64,000 nt of DNA from Thermoanaerobaculia bacterium (GTDB lineage Bacteria > Acidobacteriota > Thermoanaerobaculia > Multivoradales > UBA5704), in assembly GCA_045807625.1 (NCBI GenBank), contig JBJMHA010000063.1, positions 1,481 to 65,480 of the forward strand. Direction: 5' to 3'. The notes under the pieces were generated by a model. It had not been told where the DNA came from. It did not search any database and saw only the letters and a list, made by a program, of their open reading frames with translations. Position numbers and translations under genes: made by a program. Shown in pieces: positions 1 to 9,848 of this stretch. How positions within the stretch are numbered: position 1 is the first letter of the stretch; every line of letters begins with the position of its first letter.

Positions 1-2314
1 CATCACCGCCGCGGGCCTGAACGGCGTCAACCTCTCCGAGGGCAGCACCGGCGCCTTCACGGCGACACTCAACAACAACGCGATCGCCGCCACCGGTAAC
101 GGCTTCGACGCGCGCACCACGGCCGGCTCCGGCGCGCTGACGATCAGCTTCAGCAACAACGCCGTCGTCTCCAATGCGACGGGCATCCTGGTCGACGGCT
201 CGCTCGGCGGCACCACCACGATCACCGGCTTCGCAAACAACGCGGTGAGCCAGAACACGGTGGGCAGCGGCATCTCGATCACCAGCGCCAAGTTCGACGC
301 AACGCCGGGTGGCGCCTACGACCAGGTCTCCGGCGGCACGACGGTGGTCGGCGCCTCGGGCAACGGCGTCGGCGCGAGCGGCGTGGTGCTGTCCAACGTC
401 TCCGGCGACCTCGCCTTCACCGACCTCGACGTCTTCGCGGACGGCGGCGCCGGCCTGCGGATCACGGGCACGGGGGCGGTGAACACCGGAGCGGGCACCG
501 GCACGCGGGTGACCGTGGGCGCCGGGGTCGCCATCTTCGAGGCCATCGGCGGCCCGGCGGTGGACGTGACCAACGCCACGATCGACCTGCAGCCGACGAG
601 CATCAAGAGCACGAACAGTGCGACGACGGGTGTGGCGCTCAACAGCGTCGGCGGCACGTTCGCGGCGGGCTCGGGCAGCAGCATCACGGGCTCGACGGGA
701 ACCGCGTTCCAAGTGGGCAGTAGCAGCGCGACGGTCAGCTACGCCGGCACGATCAACACGACCACCGGGACCGGCGTCTCGTTGACCGGCAACACCGGCT
801 CGACGATCGGCTTCACGGGTACCTTGACCCTGAGCACCGGCTCCAATCCTGCCTTTGTGGCTACGGGTGGAGGTACGGTGACGTCGACCGACACGGCGAG
901 CACGCTGACAACCACGACAGGCACGGCGCTCAACGTGGCGAATACCACGATCGGCGCGGGCGGTCTTAAGTTCCGGAGCATCTCGGCCAATGGTGGCGCT
1001 AACGGCATCGTGCTCGATACAACCGGATCGAGCGGTGGTCTCACGGTGTCCGGCACGGGCTCCGCGGGAACCGGCGGTACGATCCGGAACATGGTCGGTG
1101 GGGATGGTGCTGTCGCGGGTAGCGGAATCTATCTGAATAGCACCAGCAACGTGTCGCTCGCGTGGATGCAACTCAACGACTTCCAGAACTTCGCAATCCG
1201 CGGCGCCAACGTGAGCGGCTTCACACTGAGCAACAGCACCATCAACGGCACGAACGGCAACAACGACGTGGCCAACGAGGGGAGTGTCAGCTTCGACGAG
1301 CTCACGGGCTCGGCGTCGCTCACGAACGTGAACATCAGCGGCGGTTGGGAGGATAACTTCCGACTCGCCAACACCACCGGCACGCTGAACAGGTTGACTT
1401 TGACGAACTGCACGATTGGGGCGAACAGCGCCAGCTTTGGAAACTCCGCGCTCAACCTGATGGCGTCCGGCAATGCGGTGATGAAGGTCACGGCTACAGG
1501 CGGCACGTTCACGGGCTCGCGTTCACACTTCGTGCAATTCCTGCTCAATGGTAGCGGCGCGCCTAACGGCGACCTCGTCCTGACTTCGAACACCTTCACT
1601 CAATCAATGGCGGCGATCGCCGGGGCAGGCAACATCTTCGTCAGCAGCGGCGGCAACGGGAACCCAACCCTGACCTACAACATCCAGGGGAACACGATGC
1701 GTAACGCGGTCGGCAACGCCATCAACGTCTCGAAGGGGGCCGGCACCGGAAACTTCAGCGGGACCATCGACAACAACGTCATCGGTATCACCGGCGTCGC
1801 CAACAGCGGCTCCTCACAGGGCAACGGCATCGCCATCATTCATCTCGGCGGCGGCACCCACACCACGCACATCACCAACAACACGATCCGCCGCTACAAC
1901 AACGACGGCATCCTGGTGCAGGTCGGTGATAACACCAGCGGTGGTAATGGCACCGTCAATGCCACCATCACGGGGAATACGGTGAAGGAGCCCGACAGCT
2001 TCGCCCTCCACGGCTTAGAGCTCAACATCGGTACGACGGCTGGTGACTCACACTTCGTCTGCGCCTCGATCGGTGGAGCGGGGACGCTGAAGAACGATCT
2101 CACCAGTTCTGGAGTGGTCGCGAACGGAGGCTTCGAAATCCGTCCGCGGCAGCGGCAGTCGACGACGATCCGGCTGCCAGGGTACGGCGGTGCGTTCAAT
2201 GACACCGCCGCCGTGGCCACCTTCCTGGCCGGCCAGAATACGACCAGCGGTGCGAGCTCGATTTCGGCCTCGGTCGCGAGCAACGGTTTCGTCAATGGGG
2301 CGGCTTGCCCCTAG
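1..2314 (+). CDS. Large secreted Gly/Thr/Asn/Ser-rich parallel beta-helix repeat protein (adhesin/pectate-lyase-fold-like), 5'-truncated at window edge
   Basis: Frame of ORF 245..2314 stays open back to nt 2 (ITAAGLNGVNLSEG...). Repetitive G/T/N/S-rich units (NNAI..TG.G, GSGIYLNSTSNVSL) are typical of right-handed beta-helix proteins. GC3 is high. Confidence 0.6.
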   Translation, partial: ITAAGLNGVNLSEGSTGAFTATLNNNAIAATGNGFDARTTAGSGALTISFSNNAVVSNATGILVDGSLGGTTTITGFANNAVSQNTVGSGISITSAKFDATPGGAYDQVSGGTTVVGASGNGVGASGVVLSNVSGDLAFTDLDVFADGGAGLRITGTGAVNTGAGTGTRVTVGAGVAIFEAIGGPAVDVTNATIDLQPTSIKSTNSATTGVALNSVGGTFAAGSGSSITGSTGTAFQVGSSSATVSYAGTINTTTGTGVSLTGNTGSTIGFTGTLTLSTGSNPAFVATGGGTVTSTDTASTLTTTTGTALNVANTTIGAGGLKFRSISANGGANGIVLDTTGSSGGLTVSGTGSAGTGGTIRNMVGGDGAVAGSGIYLNSTSNVSLAWMQLNDFQNFAIRGANVSGFTLSNSTINGTNGNNDVANEGSVSFDELTGSASLTNVNISGGWEDNFRLANTTGTLNRLTLTNCTIGANSASFGNSALNLMASGNAVMKVTATGGTFTGSRSHFVQFLLNGSGAPNGDLVLTSNTFTQSMAAIAGAGNIFVSSGGNGNPTLTYNIQGNTMRNAVGNAINVSKGAGTGNFSGTIDNNVIGITGVANSGSSQGNGIAIIHLGGGTHTTHITNNTIRRYNNDGILVQVGDNTSGGNGTVNATITGNTVKEPDSFALHGLELNIGTTAGDSHFVCASIGGAGTLKNDLTSSGVVANGGFEIRPRQRQSTTIRLPGYGGAFNDTAAVATFLAGQNTTSGASSISASVASNGFVNGAACP

Positions 2315-2430
2315 GCTTCAAAGGTCCGCGTGGTTGGCGTAACTACCAGCGCGCGGGCCTCTGCTGGACGTTGGCTTCATCGCGGTTGTTTTGGTAATCG
2401 ATGTCAGAGAGATGAGAACGGAGGAGATCC

Positions 2431-2931
2431 ATGGCAGAACCGTTTCTATCCGAAATCCGGATCATGAGCTTCGGCTTTCCGCCGAAGGGTTGGGCGTTGT
2501 GTGATGGGCAGCTATTACCAATTAACCAGAACCAGGCGCTGTTTTCACTGCTGGGCACCACCTATGGCGGCGACGGGCGGGTCAACTTTGGCCTTCCCAA
2601 TTTGCAGGGACGGCTCCCCATCCACATGGGCTCAGGGCACACCTTGGGTGAACGGGGTGGCGAACAGGGGCATACGCTCTCGATCTCGGAGATCCCGACC
2701 CACACGCACACGCTGGCCGGTACGACTGCCACCACGAACCCGCAACCGGTGCCGGTGAGCGCCTACCTTGCTCCCACGGCGTCGATGTACGGCTCCGCAG
2801 TGAACCTGACAAGCCTGAACGCCGGGAGTGTTGCCTCTGTTGGTGGAAGCCAGGCTCATCTCAACATGCAGCCGTTCCTGGTGTTGAACTTCTCCATCGC
2901 CCTCCAGGGCATTTTCCCGTCGCAGACCTGA
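2431..2931 (+). CDS. Phage tail collar domain protein (MdpB/microcystin-dependent protein-like), paralog 1
   Basis: Motifs EIRIMSFGFPPKGWALCDGQLLPI..ALFSLLGTTYGGDG..F.LP.L.GR and HTHTL match the Phage_Tail_Collar family. RBS gaacggagga lies upstream. Confidence 0.8.
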   Translation: MAEPFLSEIRIMSFGFPPKGWALCDGQLLPINQNQALFSLLGTTYGGDGRVNFGLPNLQGRLPIHMGSGHTLGERGGEQGHTLSISEIPTHTHTLAGTTATTNPQPVPVSAYLAPTASMYGSAVNLTSLNAGSVASVGGSQAHLNMQPFLVLNFSIALQGIFPSQT

Positions 2932-2943
2932 AAGGAGTGAGCG

Positions 2944-3447
2944 ATGGCGCAACCCTATGTAGGTGAGATCCGGATGTTCGCGGGCAACTTCGCTCCCGCC
3001 GGATGGATGTTCTGTGAGGGGCAGCTACTACCCATCTCTGAATACGAAACCCTATTCAATCTGATTGGCACGACCTACGGCGGCGATGGCCAGAGCACCT
3101 TCGCCCTGCCGGATCTGCGCGGACGTGTTCCCCTGCACTTCGGTAACGGGTTCACTCTTGCGGAGACCGGTGGTGTCGAGACCATCACGTTGACCGTGTC
3201 GCAGATTCCTGCGCACTCCCACCCTCTGCTGGCCACCGCCGATGCCGGTAGCCAGGGAAACCCGGGCGGCAATGTGGTGGCGCAGAATACCGCCGTGCAG
3301 CTCTACGTCGAGGACGTTCCCAACGTCAACGCCGGCGTCCAAGCGATCGGGTCGGTCGGTGGCAGCCAGCCGCACAATAACTTCCAACCCTATCTCTGTG
3401 TGGATTTCATCATTTCGCTGTTCGGGATCTTCCCGTCCCAGACCTAG
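2944..3447 (+). CDS. Phage tail collar domain protein, paralog 2
   Basis: Same architecture: GEIRMFAGNFAPAGWMFCEGQLLPISEYETLFNLIGTTYGGDG...HSHPL. Lies 12 nt after paralog 1. Confidence 0.8.
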   Translation: MAQPYVGEIRMFAGNFAPAGWMFCEGQLLPISEYETLFNLIGTTYGGDGQSTFALPDLRGRVPLHFGNGFTLAETGGVETITLTVSQIPAHSHPLLATADAGSQGNPGGNVVAQNTAVQLYVEDVPNVNAGVQAIGSVGGSQPHNNFQPYLCVDFIISLFGIFPSQT

Positions 3448-3456
3448 GAGAGAGCC

Positions 3457-3975
3457 ATGGATCCTTTCGTCGCTGAGATTCGCATCTTCCCGTTCAACTT
3501 CGCCCCCAAGGGCTGGGCGTTCTGTGACGGCCAGATCCTCCCCCTCTCCCAGAATACGGCTCTTTTCTCCCTTCTCGGTACGACCTACGGCGGAGATGGC
3601 AAATCCAACTTCGCGCTCCCAGACATGCAAGGGAACGCGCCGATGCACCCGGGACAGGGGCCCGGTCTTTCACTTCATGATCTCGGAGAAACCGGCGGGT
3701 CGGAGACCGTATCGCTGCTTGAGTCCGAGATTCCCTCACATTCTCACCAACTGCGGGCCAACAGCAGCAGTGCCGACCAGCCGGCACCGAATCCCAACCG
3801 CTCCCTTGCACGTTCCAGCGGTGGGTTCGCTTGGAATCCGACGTTCAGCCAGTCGCTCATGTCCGACAGCTCCCTCGCGCCCGCCGGCGGTGACCAGCCG
3901 CACAACAACATGCAGCCCTACCTGACTCTCAACTTCTGCATCGCGCTGCAAGGGGTCTACCCCCCGAGGACCTAA
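3457..3975 (+). CDS. Phage tail collar domain protein, paralog 3
   Basis: AEIRIFPFNFAPKGWAFCDGQILPLSQNTALFSLLGTTYGGDGKSNFALPDMQG...HSHQL. Lies 9 nt after paralog 2. Confidence 0.8.
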   Translation: MDPFVAEIRIFPFNFAPKGWAFCDGQILPLSQNTALFSLLGTTYGGDGKSNFALPDMQGNAPMHPGQGPGLSLHDLGETGGSETVSLLESEIPSHSHQLRANSSSADQPAPNPNRSLARSSGGFAWNPTFSQSLMSDSSLAPAGGDQPHNNMQPYLTLNFCIALQGVYPPRT

Positions 3976-4067
3976 GGCCGCCAAGAGCGCGCTTCCGGTG
4001 CCCTGTTGTGGCCGGAGGCGCGCTTGTATATTCGATGTATTGAAATAAGTATTTCGGAGGGTTCGAG

Positions 4068-4853
4068 ATGAAGCGGCCAGCGAAGTCCGAACCGGAAGAC
4101 TCTTCCACCCTGCTCCGGCGGCGCGAGTTTCTGACGCTGGGGTCCGCGGGCCTGCTGGCGCCCCTGTTTGGGAATCTCGCCTGGGCTGAGCCCCTGGCGG
4201 CTGCTTCCGAACGATCCGTTCAGCCGGTGCCGATGTCCGTCGGCTACATCGACGGCAGTGAGGAGTACCGGAGCTTCAAGCGGCTGCCGCGCAAGGTGCG
4301 ACGGCCTCTTCTGGAAAAGGAAGGGGAGGAGGCGGAGGCCTCTCCTGTCATCGTCCCCGCCGAGAGCCTGTTCCAGGCGGATATGTCGCTGCCGGGCCGG
4401 CCGTTGAAGATCCACGTGCACGGTCTCTATCCGCCGGTCGCCCTGGAGGCGGAGCGGCGGCGGGAGGTCCCCCAGGCCATCGACCTCGAAGCGATCTTTC
4501 CGTCGCCCGATCCGGCCTTCCCGGCGCCGCTGCGGTACTTCGCCTGGAGCCTCCGGCAGAAGCCGGGGTGGGACCCCAGCCCGCCGGTGACGTTCCGGTT
4601 CCCCGTCGACTGGCAGGTGTTGCCGCAGTTTGTGCTGCGCGTGCGCGGGGTGGATGGGGTGACGCGGGTGCTGCGGACGAAATTTACCCTCGACAACGAG
4701 ACGGGCCGGCCGAAGCTGCGCCGGGGCGTGTACGTGCTCGGGCTCACGCCCGGGGTGTGGAGCCGCGCGGCACGGGTCTCGGACTATGCCCGGATCGCGC
4801 CCGCGGAGATGTTCTCGATCATGGTCTCCATGGACCCCGAGGCGGAGGCGTAG
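4068..4853 (+). CDS. Tat-signal secreted hypothetical protein
   Basis: N-terminal twin-arginine motif RRREFLTLGSAGLLAP..AWA. RBS ggaggg lies upstream. Confidence 0.6.
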   Translation: MKRPAKSEPEDSSTLLRRREFLTLGSAGLLAPLFGNLAWAEPLAAASERSVQPVPMSVGYIDGSEEYRSFKRLPRKVRRPLLEKEGEEAEASPVIVPAESLFQADMSLPGRPLKIHVHGLYPPVALEAERRREVPQAIDLEAIFPSPDPAFPAPLRYFAWSLRQKPGWDPSPPVTFRFPVDWQVLPQFVLRVRGVDGVTRVLRTKFTLDNETGRPKLRRGVYVLGLTPGVWSRAARVSDYARIAPAEMFSIMVSMDPEAEA

Positions 4854-4891
4854 CGAGAGCCTTGGAACCCCGCGTCACCTTCCGTCCCATC

Positions 4892-5356
4892 ATGCCGGAC
4901 GATATGGAGCTCCTCCTGCGGATCTACCGCAGCACCCGCGAGGAGGAGCTCGCCATGGTGCTCGACTGGACCGAGGAGATGAAGGCGGGGTTCGTCCGCC
5001 AGCAGTTCGAGGCCCAGCACGCCTGGTATCAGGAGCACTATCAGGGCGCCCAGTTCGACGTGATCCTGGTGGACGGAGCTCCGGCGGGCCGGCTTTACGT
5101 CCATCGCCGGGCTCGCGAGATCCGGCTGGTCGACATCACCCTGCTGCCCGAGTTCCGCCAGGGGGGGATCGGAACGTCGCTGCTGCGGGACCTGCTGGCC
5201 GAGGGGGAGGCGGCGGCCAAGCCGGTGACGATCCACGTCGAGGTCTTCAACCCGGCGATGCGGCTTTACGAGCGGCTGGGTTTCCAACCCATCGAGGAGC
5301 GGGGGCCCTACCGCCTCATGGAGTGGCGGCCCCCTCAGTTGAACACGGCTTCGTAG
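4892..5356 (+). CDS. GNAT family N-acetyltransferase
   Basis: Internal Met start MPDDMELLLRIY. Acetyl-CoA binding motif in ITLLPEFRQGGIGTSLL...RLYERLGF. The upstream part of ORF 4568.. overlaps the Tat protein and is rejected. Confidence 0.8.
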   Translation: MPDDMELLLRIYRSTREEELAMVLDWTEEMKAGFVRQQFEAQHAWYQEHYQGAQFDVILVDGAPAGRLYVHRRAREIRLVDITLLPEFRQGGIGTSLLRDLLAEGEAAAKPVTIHVEVFNPAMRLYERLGFQPIEERGPYRLMEWRPPQLNTAS

Positions 5357-5634
5357 AGCATCCCACCGGCCTTGGGGTCCGGGCCGAGGGGGACCAGGAA
5401 GAGCTCGAGCGTCCCCATCTGGTCGTGCTCCACCTTGAAGATGTGCTGGCGCAGGACGGGGGACTTCGGTCCCAGGAAGTAGGCGGAGAACGGCTCCGCG
5501 CGCGGGCCGGGATGGGGCTCGTGGCGCCTCACCTGATGAAGCACCACCTCCAGCGGCGCTCCGCTTCCGTAGTGGATGCGGAACGGCGTTCCCTGGTGCG
5601 CCTCGAACGAGGCGGGCGTCAGCTCCTGCAACAT
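5335..5634 (-). CDS. Small conserved hypothetical protein (99 aa)
   Basis: High GC3 in this frame. RBS GGAGG lies 7 nt upstream of Met28 (MLQELTPASFEAHQGTPFRIHY). Convergent 22-nt overlap with the GNAT gene. Confidence 0.5.
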   Translation of the reverse strand: MLQELTPASFEAHQGTPFRIHYGSGAPLEVVLHQVRRHEPHPGPRAEPFSAYFLGPKSPVLRQHIFKVEHDQMGTLELFLVPLGPDPKAGGMLYEAVFN

Positions 5635-5726
5635 GAGAGACCTCCTCGCGGGGAAGCCGCTACTGTAGACCAACCCGGACGGAAAATCGAGGGCATGGAA
5701 ATTGCTCAAAGCCAAGCCGTCGGGCC

Positions 5727-6626
5727 ATGGATACCTACTCCCAGCCGCCGCTTCCGGCCTCGCTCCTGATCGACGCGCACGTGCACTTCCACGCGTGCTT
5801 CGACCGCGACGCCTTCCTCGACGCCGCGGCGCGCAACTTCGCGCGCGGGGCGGCGGAGCTGGGGCTCGACGGCCGCCCGGTCCTGGGATGCCTGATGCTG
5901 GCCGAGACGGCGGAGGACCGCTGGTTCCTGCGCTGGCAGCGGCGGGAGGACGGGGTGAGGCACGGCGCGTGGGACTTCGAGCCGATGCCTGAGCCTTCCG
6001 TCCTGATCGCGCGGCGGCGGAGCGACGGCGAGCGGCTGCTGGTGGTCGCCGGCCGGCAGGTGCGCTCGCGCGAGGGGATGGAGATCCTGGGGCTTGGCAC
6101 CCTGGAGGAGTTTCCCGACCGCCTGCCGTTCCACGACGCGCTCGCCCGCGTGCGGTGGAGCGGCGCCCTCACCGTGCTCCCCTGGGGGTTCGGCAAGTGG
6201 TGGCTCTACCGCGGCGCCCTGATCGAGAAGATCGTCTGCCGCTCGGAGCGCCCGGGCCTCTGCCTCGGGGACAACGCCGGCCGCCTGGAGCTCGCCGGCC
6301 GGCCGCGGCTGTTCCGCGAGGCCGAGGCGCGGGGCATTCCGGTGCTCCCCGGCAGCGACCCCCTGCCGTTCCCGGAGCAGGTGGGCCGCGCCGGCTCCTA
6401 CGGCTTCTTCCTGCAGGAGGGGTTCGATGAGCGCCGGCCGGCCGAGAGCCTGCGGAAGGCCCTGCGCGCGCTCGCGGAGCCGCCGCGCACCTGGGGCCGA
6501 TGCCGCGACCTGACGGGCTTCTGCCAGGACCAGTACGCCCTGCGCTTCCACCGCCCCCGGCGGGCGCGAGCTCGCCCCCGCCTCGCGGTTCCGGTGGATA
6601 CAGCCTCCTTTCCATGGATACGGTGA
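5727..6626 (+). CDS. Metal-dependent hydrolase-like hypothetical protein
   Basis: Protein-like composition (W/F/D-rich) and an N-terminal LLIDAHVHFH motif reminiscent of amidohydrolase/PHP metal sites. Opposite-strand ORF 5706..6551 is judged a shadow. Confidence 0.5.
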   Translation: MDTYSQPPLPASLLIDAHVHFHACFDRDAFLDAAARNFARGAAELGLDGRPVLGCLMLAETAEDRWFLRWQRREDGVRHGAWDFEPMPEPSVLIARRRSDGERLLVVAGRQVRSREGMEILGLGTLEEFPDRLPFHDALARVRWSGALTVLPWGFGKWWLYRGALIEKIVCRSERPGLCLGDNAGRLELAGRPRLFREAEARGIPVLPGSDPLPFPEQVGRAGSYGFFLQEGFDERRPAESLRKALRALAEPPRTWGRCRDLTGFCQDQYALRFHRPRRARARPRLAVPVDTASFPWIR

Positions 6627-7357
6627 TCGATCGGGATCTCCGGGTCGAGGTGCCGAGGGAAATCCCCGACGTCGAGACCGCCTCCGAGGGATACGCCCGG
6701 CGGTTCGCTGGGGAGGTGGGGAAGTTTTTCCTTGACGTCCAGGCGAAGACCGTCCTGGAGCTGCTCGTGCCCTGGCCGGCGGCGCGGGTGCTGGAAGTCG
6801 GCGGCGGCCATGCGCAGCTCGCCGGGCCCCTGGCCGAGCGAGGGTACGGCGTGACGGTCACCGGTAGCTCGGCGGTCTGCCGGGAGCGGCTCGGCCGGGA
6901 AACCCCTTTTGAGGTCTGTGACGCCGGCCGGCTGCCGTTCCCCGACCGCGGGTTCGACGTGGTGGTGGCCGTGCGGCTGCTGACCCACCTGGAGCGTTGG
7001 CGCGAGGCGCTCGCCGAGATGTGCCGGGTGGCGCGGCGCGCGGTGATCGTCGACTACCCGGACACCCGCAGCTTCAACCGGCTCTACGGCGCTCTCTTCG
7101 CCTGGAAGAAGGCGTTCGAGGGGAACACCCGCGAATTCCACTGTTTCCGGCCGGGGGAGGTGATCGCCGAGTGCGCCCGGCACGGCTTCGGCCGGCCGGC
7201 GGCGCGCCGGCAGCTCTTCGTGCCCATGGTCGTCCACCGCGCGGTGGGGCGGGCGGGCTTCTCCCGGGGGATCGAGCGGGCGAGCGGTCTCCTCGGGCTG
7301 ACGCGGGCGCTGGGATCGCCCGTCGTCCTGCGCGCCGAACGGGAGGAGAGCGCATGA
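6614..7357 (+). CDS. Class I SAM-dependent methyltransferase
   Basis: SAM-binding motif VLEVGGGHAQ, later PFPDRGFDVVVA. Start MDTVIDRDL overlaps the upstream stop. Confidence 0.75.
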   Translation: MDTVIDRDLRVEVPREIPDVETASEGYARRFAGEVGKFFLDVQAKTVLELLVPWPAARVLEVGGGHAQLAGPLAERGYGVTVTGSSAVCRERLGRETPFEVCDAGRLPFPDRGFDVVVAVRLLTHLERWREALAEMCRVARRAVIVDYPDTRSFNRLYGALFAWKKAFEGNTREFHCFRPGEVIAECARHGFGRPAARRQLFVPMVVHRAVGRAGFSRGIERASGLLGLTRALGSPVVLRAEREESA

Positions 7358-8337
7358 GGATCCTGGTCACCGGCGGCACGGGCTTCACCGGCAAGGCCCT
7401 GGTGCGGCGCCTGCTCGATCTGGGGCACGAGGTGGTGGCTCTCGACTGCAAGGAGGGGCTGAAGACGGCGGAGCTGCGGGAGTGGGGTGCCGAGGTCGTG
7501 CTCGGCAGCGTCACGGACCCGGACGCCGTCCGCCGGGCCGTGGACGGCGCCGAGGTCGTGCACCACCTGGCCGCCGCGTTCCGCGAGATGAACGTGCCGG
7601 ACAGCCACTACTGGCAGGTCAACGTCCAGGGCACCCGCAACGTACTGGAGGCGGCGCTCGGCCAGGGGGTGCGGAAATTCATCTACTGCAGCACCTGCGG
7701 CGTGCACGGCAACGTCGACCACCCGCCGGGCGGGGAGGACGCGCCGATCCGGCCCGCCGACTACTACCAGCGCAGCAAGTACGAGGCCGAGCCGCTGGTG
7801 CGCGAATTCCACCGGCGGGGGCTCCCCTCGGTGATCCTGCGCCCCGCCGCGATCTACGGCCCCGGCGATCCCGAGCGCTTCCTGATGATCTTTCGCCGGG
7901 TGGCCCGCGGCACCTTCCCCATGTTCGGCGACGGCCGGACCTGGTACCACCCGCTCTATATCGACAACCTGGTCGACGCCTTCGTCCTCGCCATGGAGGA
8001 CGGGGTGGGGGAGGGGGAGGCCTACCTGATCGCCGACGGCCAGTATCTGGAGATCGAGGATCTGGTGCGGCGGGTGGGGCGGGCGCTCGGCGTCGAGGTG
8101 AAGATCCCGCACTACCCGATCTGGCCGGTGGTCGCCGCCAGCCACGTGGTGGAGAAGGCCTGCCGGCCGTTCGGCATCACGCCGCCGATCTTCCCCCGCC
8201 GGGTCGAATGGTACCGGCAGAACCGGGCCTTCAAGATCGACAAGGCGAGGCGGGAGCTGGGGTACGAGCCCAGGATGGGGATCGACGAGGGGCTCCGCCG
8301 CACCGCGGACTGGTATCGCCAGGAGGGATATCTCTAA
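7354..8337 (+). CDS. NAD-dependent epimerase/dehydratase (SDR family)
   Basis: MRILVTGGTGFTGKALVRRL Rossmann motif and YxxSK catalytic motif (YYQRSKYEAE). ATGA overlap with the methyltransferase. Confidence 0.85.
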   Translation: MRILVTGGTGFTGKALVRRLLDLGHEVVALDCKEGLKTAELREWGAEVVLGSVTDPDAVRRAVDGAEVVHHLAAAFREMNVPDSHYWQVNVQGTRNVLEAALGQGVRKFIYCSTCGVHGNVDHPPGGEDAPIRPADYYQRSKYEAEPLVREFHRRGLPSVILRPAAIYGPGDPERFLMIFRRVARGTFPMFGDGRTWYHPLYIDNLVDAFVLAMEDGVGEGEAYLIADGQYLEIEDLVRRVGRALGVEVKIPHYPIWPVVAASHVVEKACRPFGITPPIFPRRVEWYRQNRAFKIDKARRELGYEPRMGIDEGLRRTADWYRQEGYL

Positions 8338-8351
8338 AAACGGATGCAAGA

Positions 8352-9848
8352 ATGACCTGCTGGATTGTGCCGTTTGCCCTTTGGCTGACGACCGCGGTGC
8401 CCCGCCACGGCACGGCCGAGATCGTCCTCACCGCGGCGTCGGACTACGACGGCGCCGCGGGGGAGCCGAACCCCTTCGACCTGGAGGTGACGGCGCGGGT
8501 GGTCTCGCCGTCGGGCAGGCGCTATTCGGTCCCCGGGTTCTTCGACGGCGACGGGCAGGGAGGGCAGTCGGGGCGGATCTTCAAGATCCGGGTCGCCGCC
8601 GGCGAGGCGGGCGTCTGGAGCTGGAGCACGTCGAGCGGCGTACCGGGGCTCGACGGCCTCTCGGGGACGTTCCGGGTGGAAGGGGAGCTGCCGGGCCTCT
8701 TCCGCCAGGGGCCGGTGGTGGTGAGCGCGGGGTCGCCGCGCGCCTTCCGGCGGCGGGAGGGGGGGCCGGTCTTCCTCCTCGGCAAGTTCCTCGACGCGGC
8801 GGCCCCGAAGCCGATCCAGTACTCCCACACCCTGCTCTCGGAGCAGCTCTCCGACGCCGACCGCCAGGCGATGCTCGACCGCCACGTGGCCCTGGGGCTC
8901 AACAAGATCGACCTCTATCTGGCCAACCGCGGCGACTATGGCGGCACGTGCCCCACCACCCCCTGGCTGGGGACCGCCGCCGCCAACGACAAACGGTACT
9001 TCGACCTCCGGCGCTGGCGCTCCTGGGAGGAGTGGGTCCGGCGGCTGCGGGACGCCGGCCTCGTGGCGCAGCTCTGGTTCTTCGCCGACGACTCGGGTTT
9101 CGGGAGCCTGTCCGAGGCCGACCGGCGGCGGCTGATGCGCTACGGCATGGCCCGCCTCTCGGCCGAGGTCAACACGATCTTCACCCTGGCCCTCGAATGG
9201 CAGGAGGGGTGGACGCTCCCTCAGGTGAATGCCGACGGCGCCTTCCTCCAGGAGCGCAACCCCTGGTCCCGGCCGGTGAGCGTGCACGGGCTGACCGGCG
9301 ACTTCGCGCTCCCTATGGCACCCTGGGTGGGCTACCTGGACCTCCAGGCCGGCAATGCGGCGTCGCCGCCAGCGGTCCACGCGCTGGGGCTCGCCAACCG
9401 TGCCCTGGCGGAGAAGCCGCTGATCGTGGAGGAGCTCGGGGAAGGGGAGGAGGACGCGGCGAGCCGCCAGAAGGCCTGGGCGGCGTTCCTGGCCGGGGCG
9501 GCCGGCGTGGGGACCGGCGCCTCCCTGGGCCACCTGGGCAGATTCGCGGCGCGGGTCCCCTTCGCCGCCATGGAGCCGGCGGACGCCCTGGTCCTGGGCG
9601 GGGGCGCCTGGGCCCTCGCCGCGCCGGGGAGCGCCTACGTCTTCTATCTCTACGGCGGCGGCACTGTCCGGGTGGACCTGCGGGGGGCCTCCGGACCTCT
9701 CCAGGCCGAATGGTACGACCCGCGCGACGGCGGCTCCCGGCCGCTCCCCTCCGTGGCTGGAGGAGAGGTGAGGACGTTCACCGTACCCTCCCCGGAAGAT
9801 TGGGTCCTGTATCTCCATCGATCGCTGAAGAGCCGCCCCCTCGACTAG
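8352..9848 (+). CDS. Putative glycoside hydrolase (DUF5060 Ig-like N-domain + DUF4038 GH-like domain)
   Basis: Signal-like start MTCWIVPFALWLTTAVP. An N-terminal beta-sandwich-like region precedes a TIM-barrel-like region (LNKIDLYLANRGDYGG, WFFADD). Confidence 0.55.
   Translation: MTCWIVPFALWLTTAVPRHGTAEIVLTAASDYDGAAGEPNPFDLEVTARVVSPSGRRYSVPGFFDGDGQGGQSGRIFKIRVAAGEAGVWSWSTSSGVPGLDGLSGTFRVEGELPGLFRQGPVVVSAGSPRAFRRREGGPVFLLGKFLDAAAPKPIQYSHTLLSEQLSDADRQAMLDRHVALGLNKIDLYLANRGDYGGTCPTTPWLGTAAANDKRYFDLRRWRSWEEWVRRLRDAGLVAQLWFFADDSGFGSLSEADRRRLMRYGMARLSAEVNTIFTLALEWQEGWTLPQVNADGAFLQERNPWSRPVSVHGLTGDFALPMAPWVGYLDLQAGNAASPPAVHALGLANRALAEKPLIVEELGEGEEDAASRQKAWAAFLAGAAGVGTGASLGHLGRFAARVPFAAMEPADALVLGGGAWALAAPGSAYVFYLYGGGTVRVDLRGASGPLQAEWYDPRDGGSRPLPSVAGGEVRTFTVPSPEDWVLYLHRSLKSRPLD

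Noticed and set aside
2431-3975. Prophage call based on the tail collar domains
   Set aside because: There are no capsid, terminase, integrase or other tail genes nearby. The three genes are isolated paralogs.
7482-8351. N-terminal 290-aa extension of the glycosidase-like ORF 7482..9848
   Set aside because: It overlaps the epimerase gene in another frame, has RG-rich junk composition, and a clear signal-peptide start with a nearby stop of the upstream gene exists at 8352.
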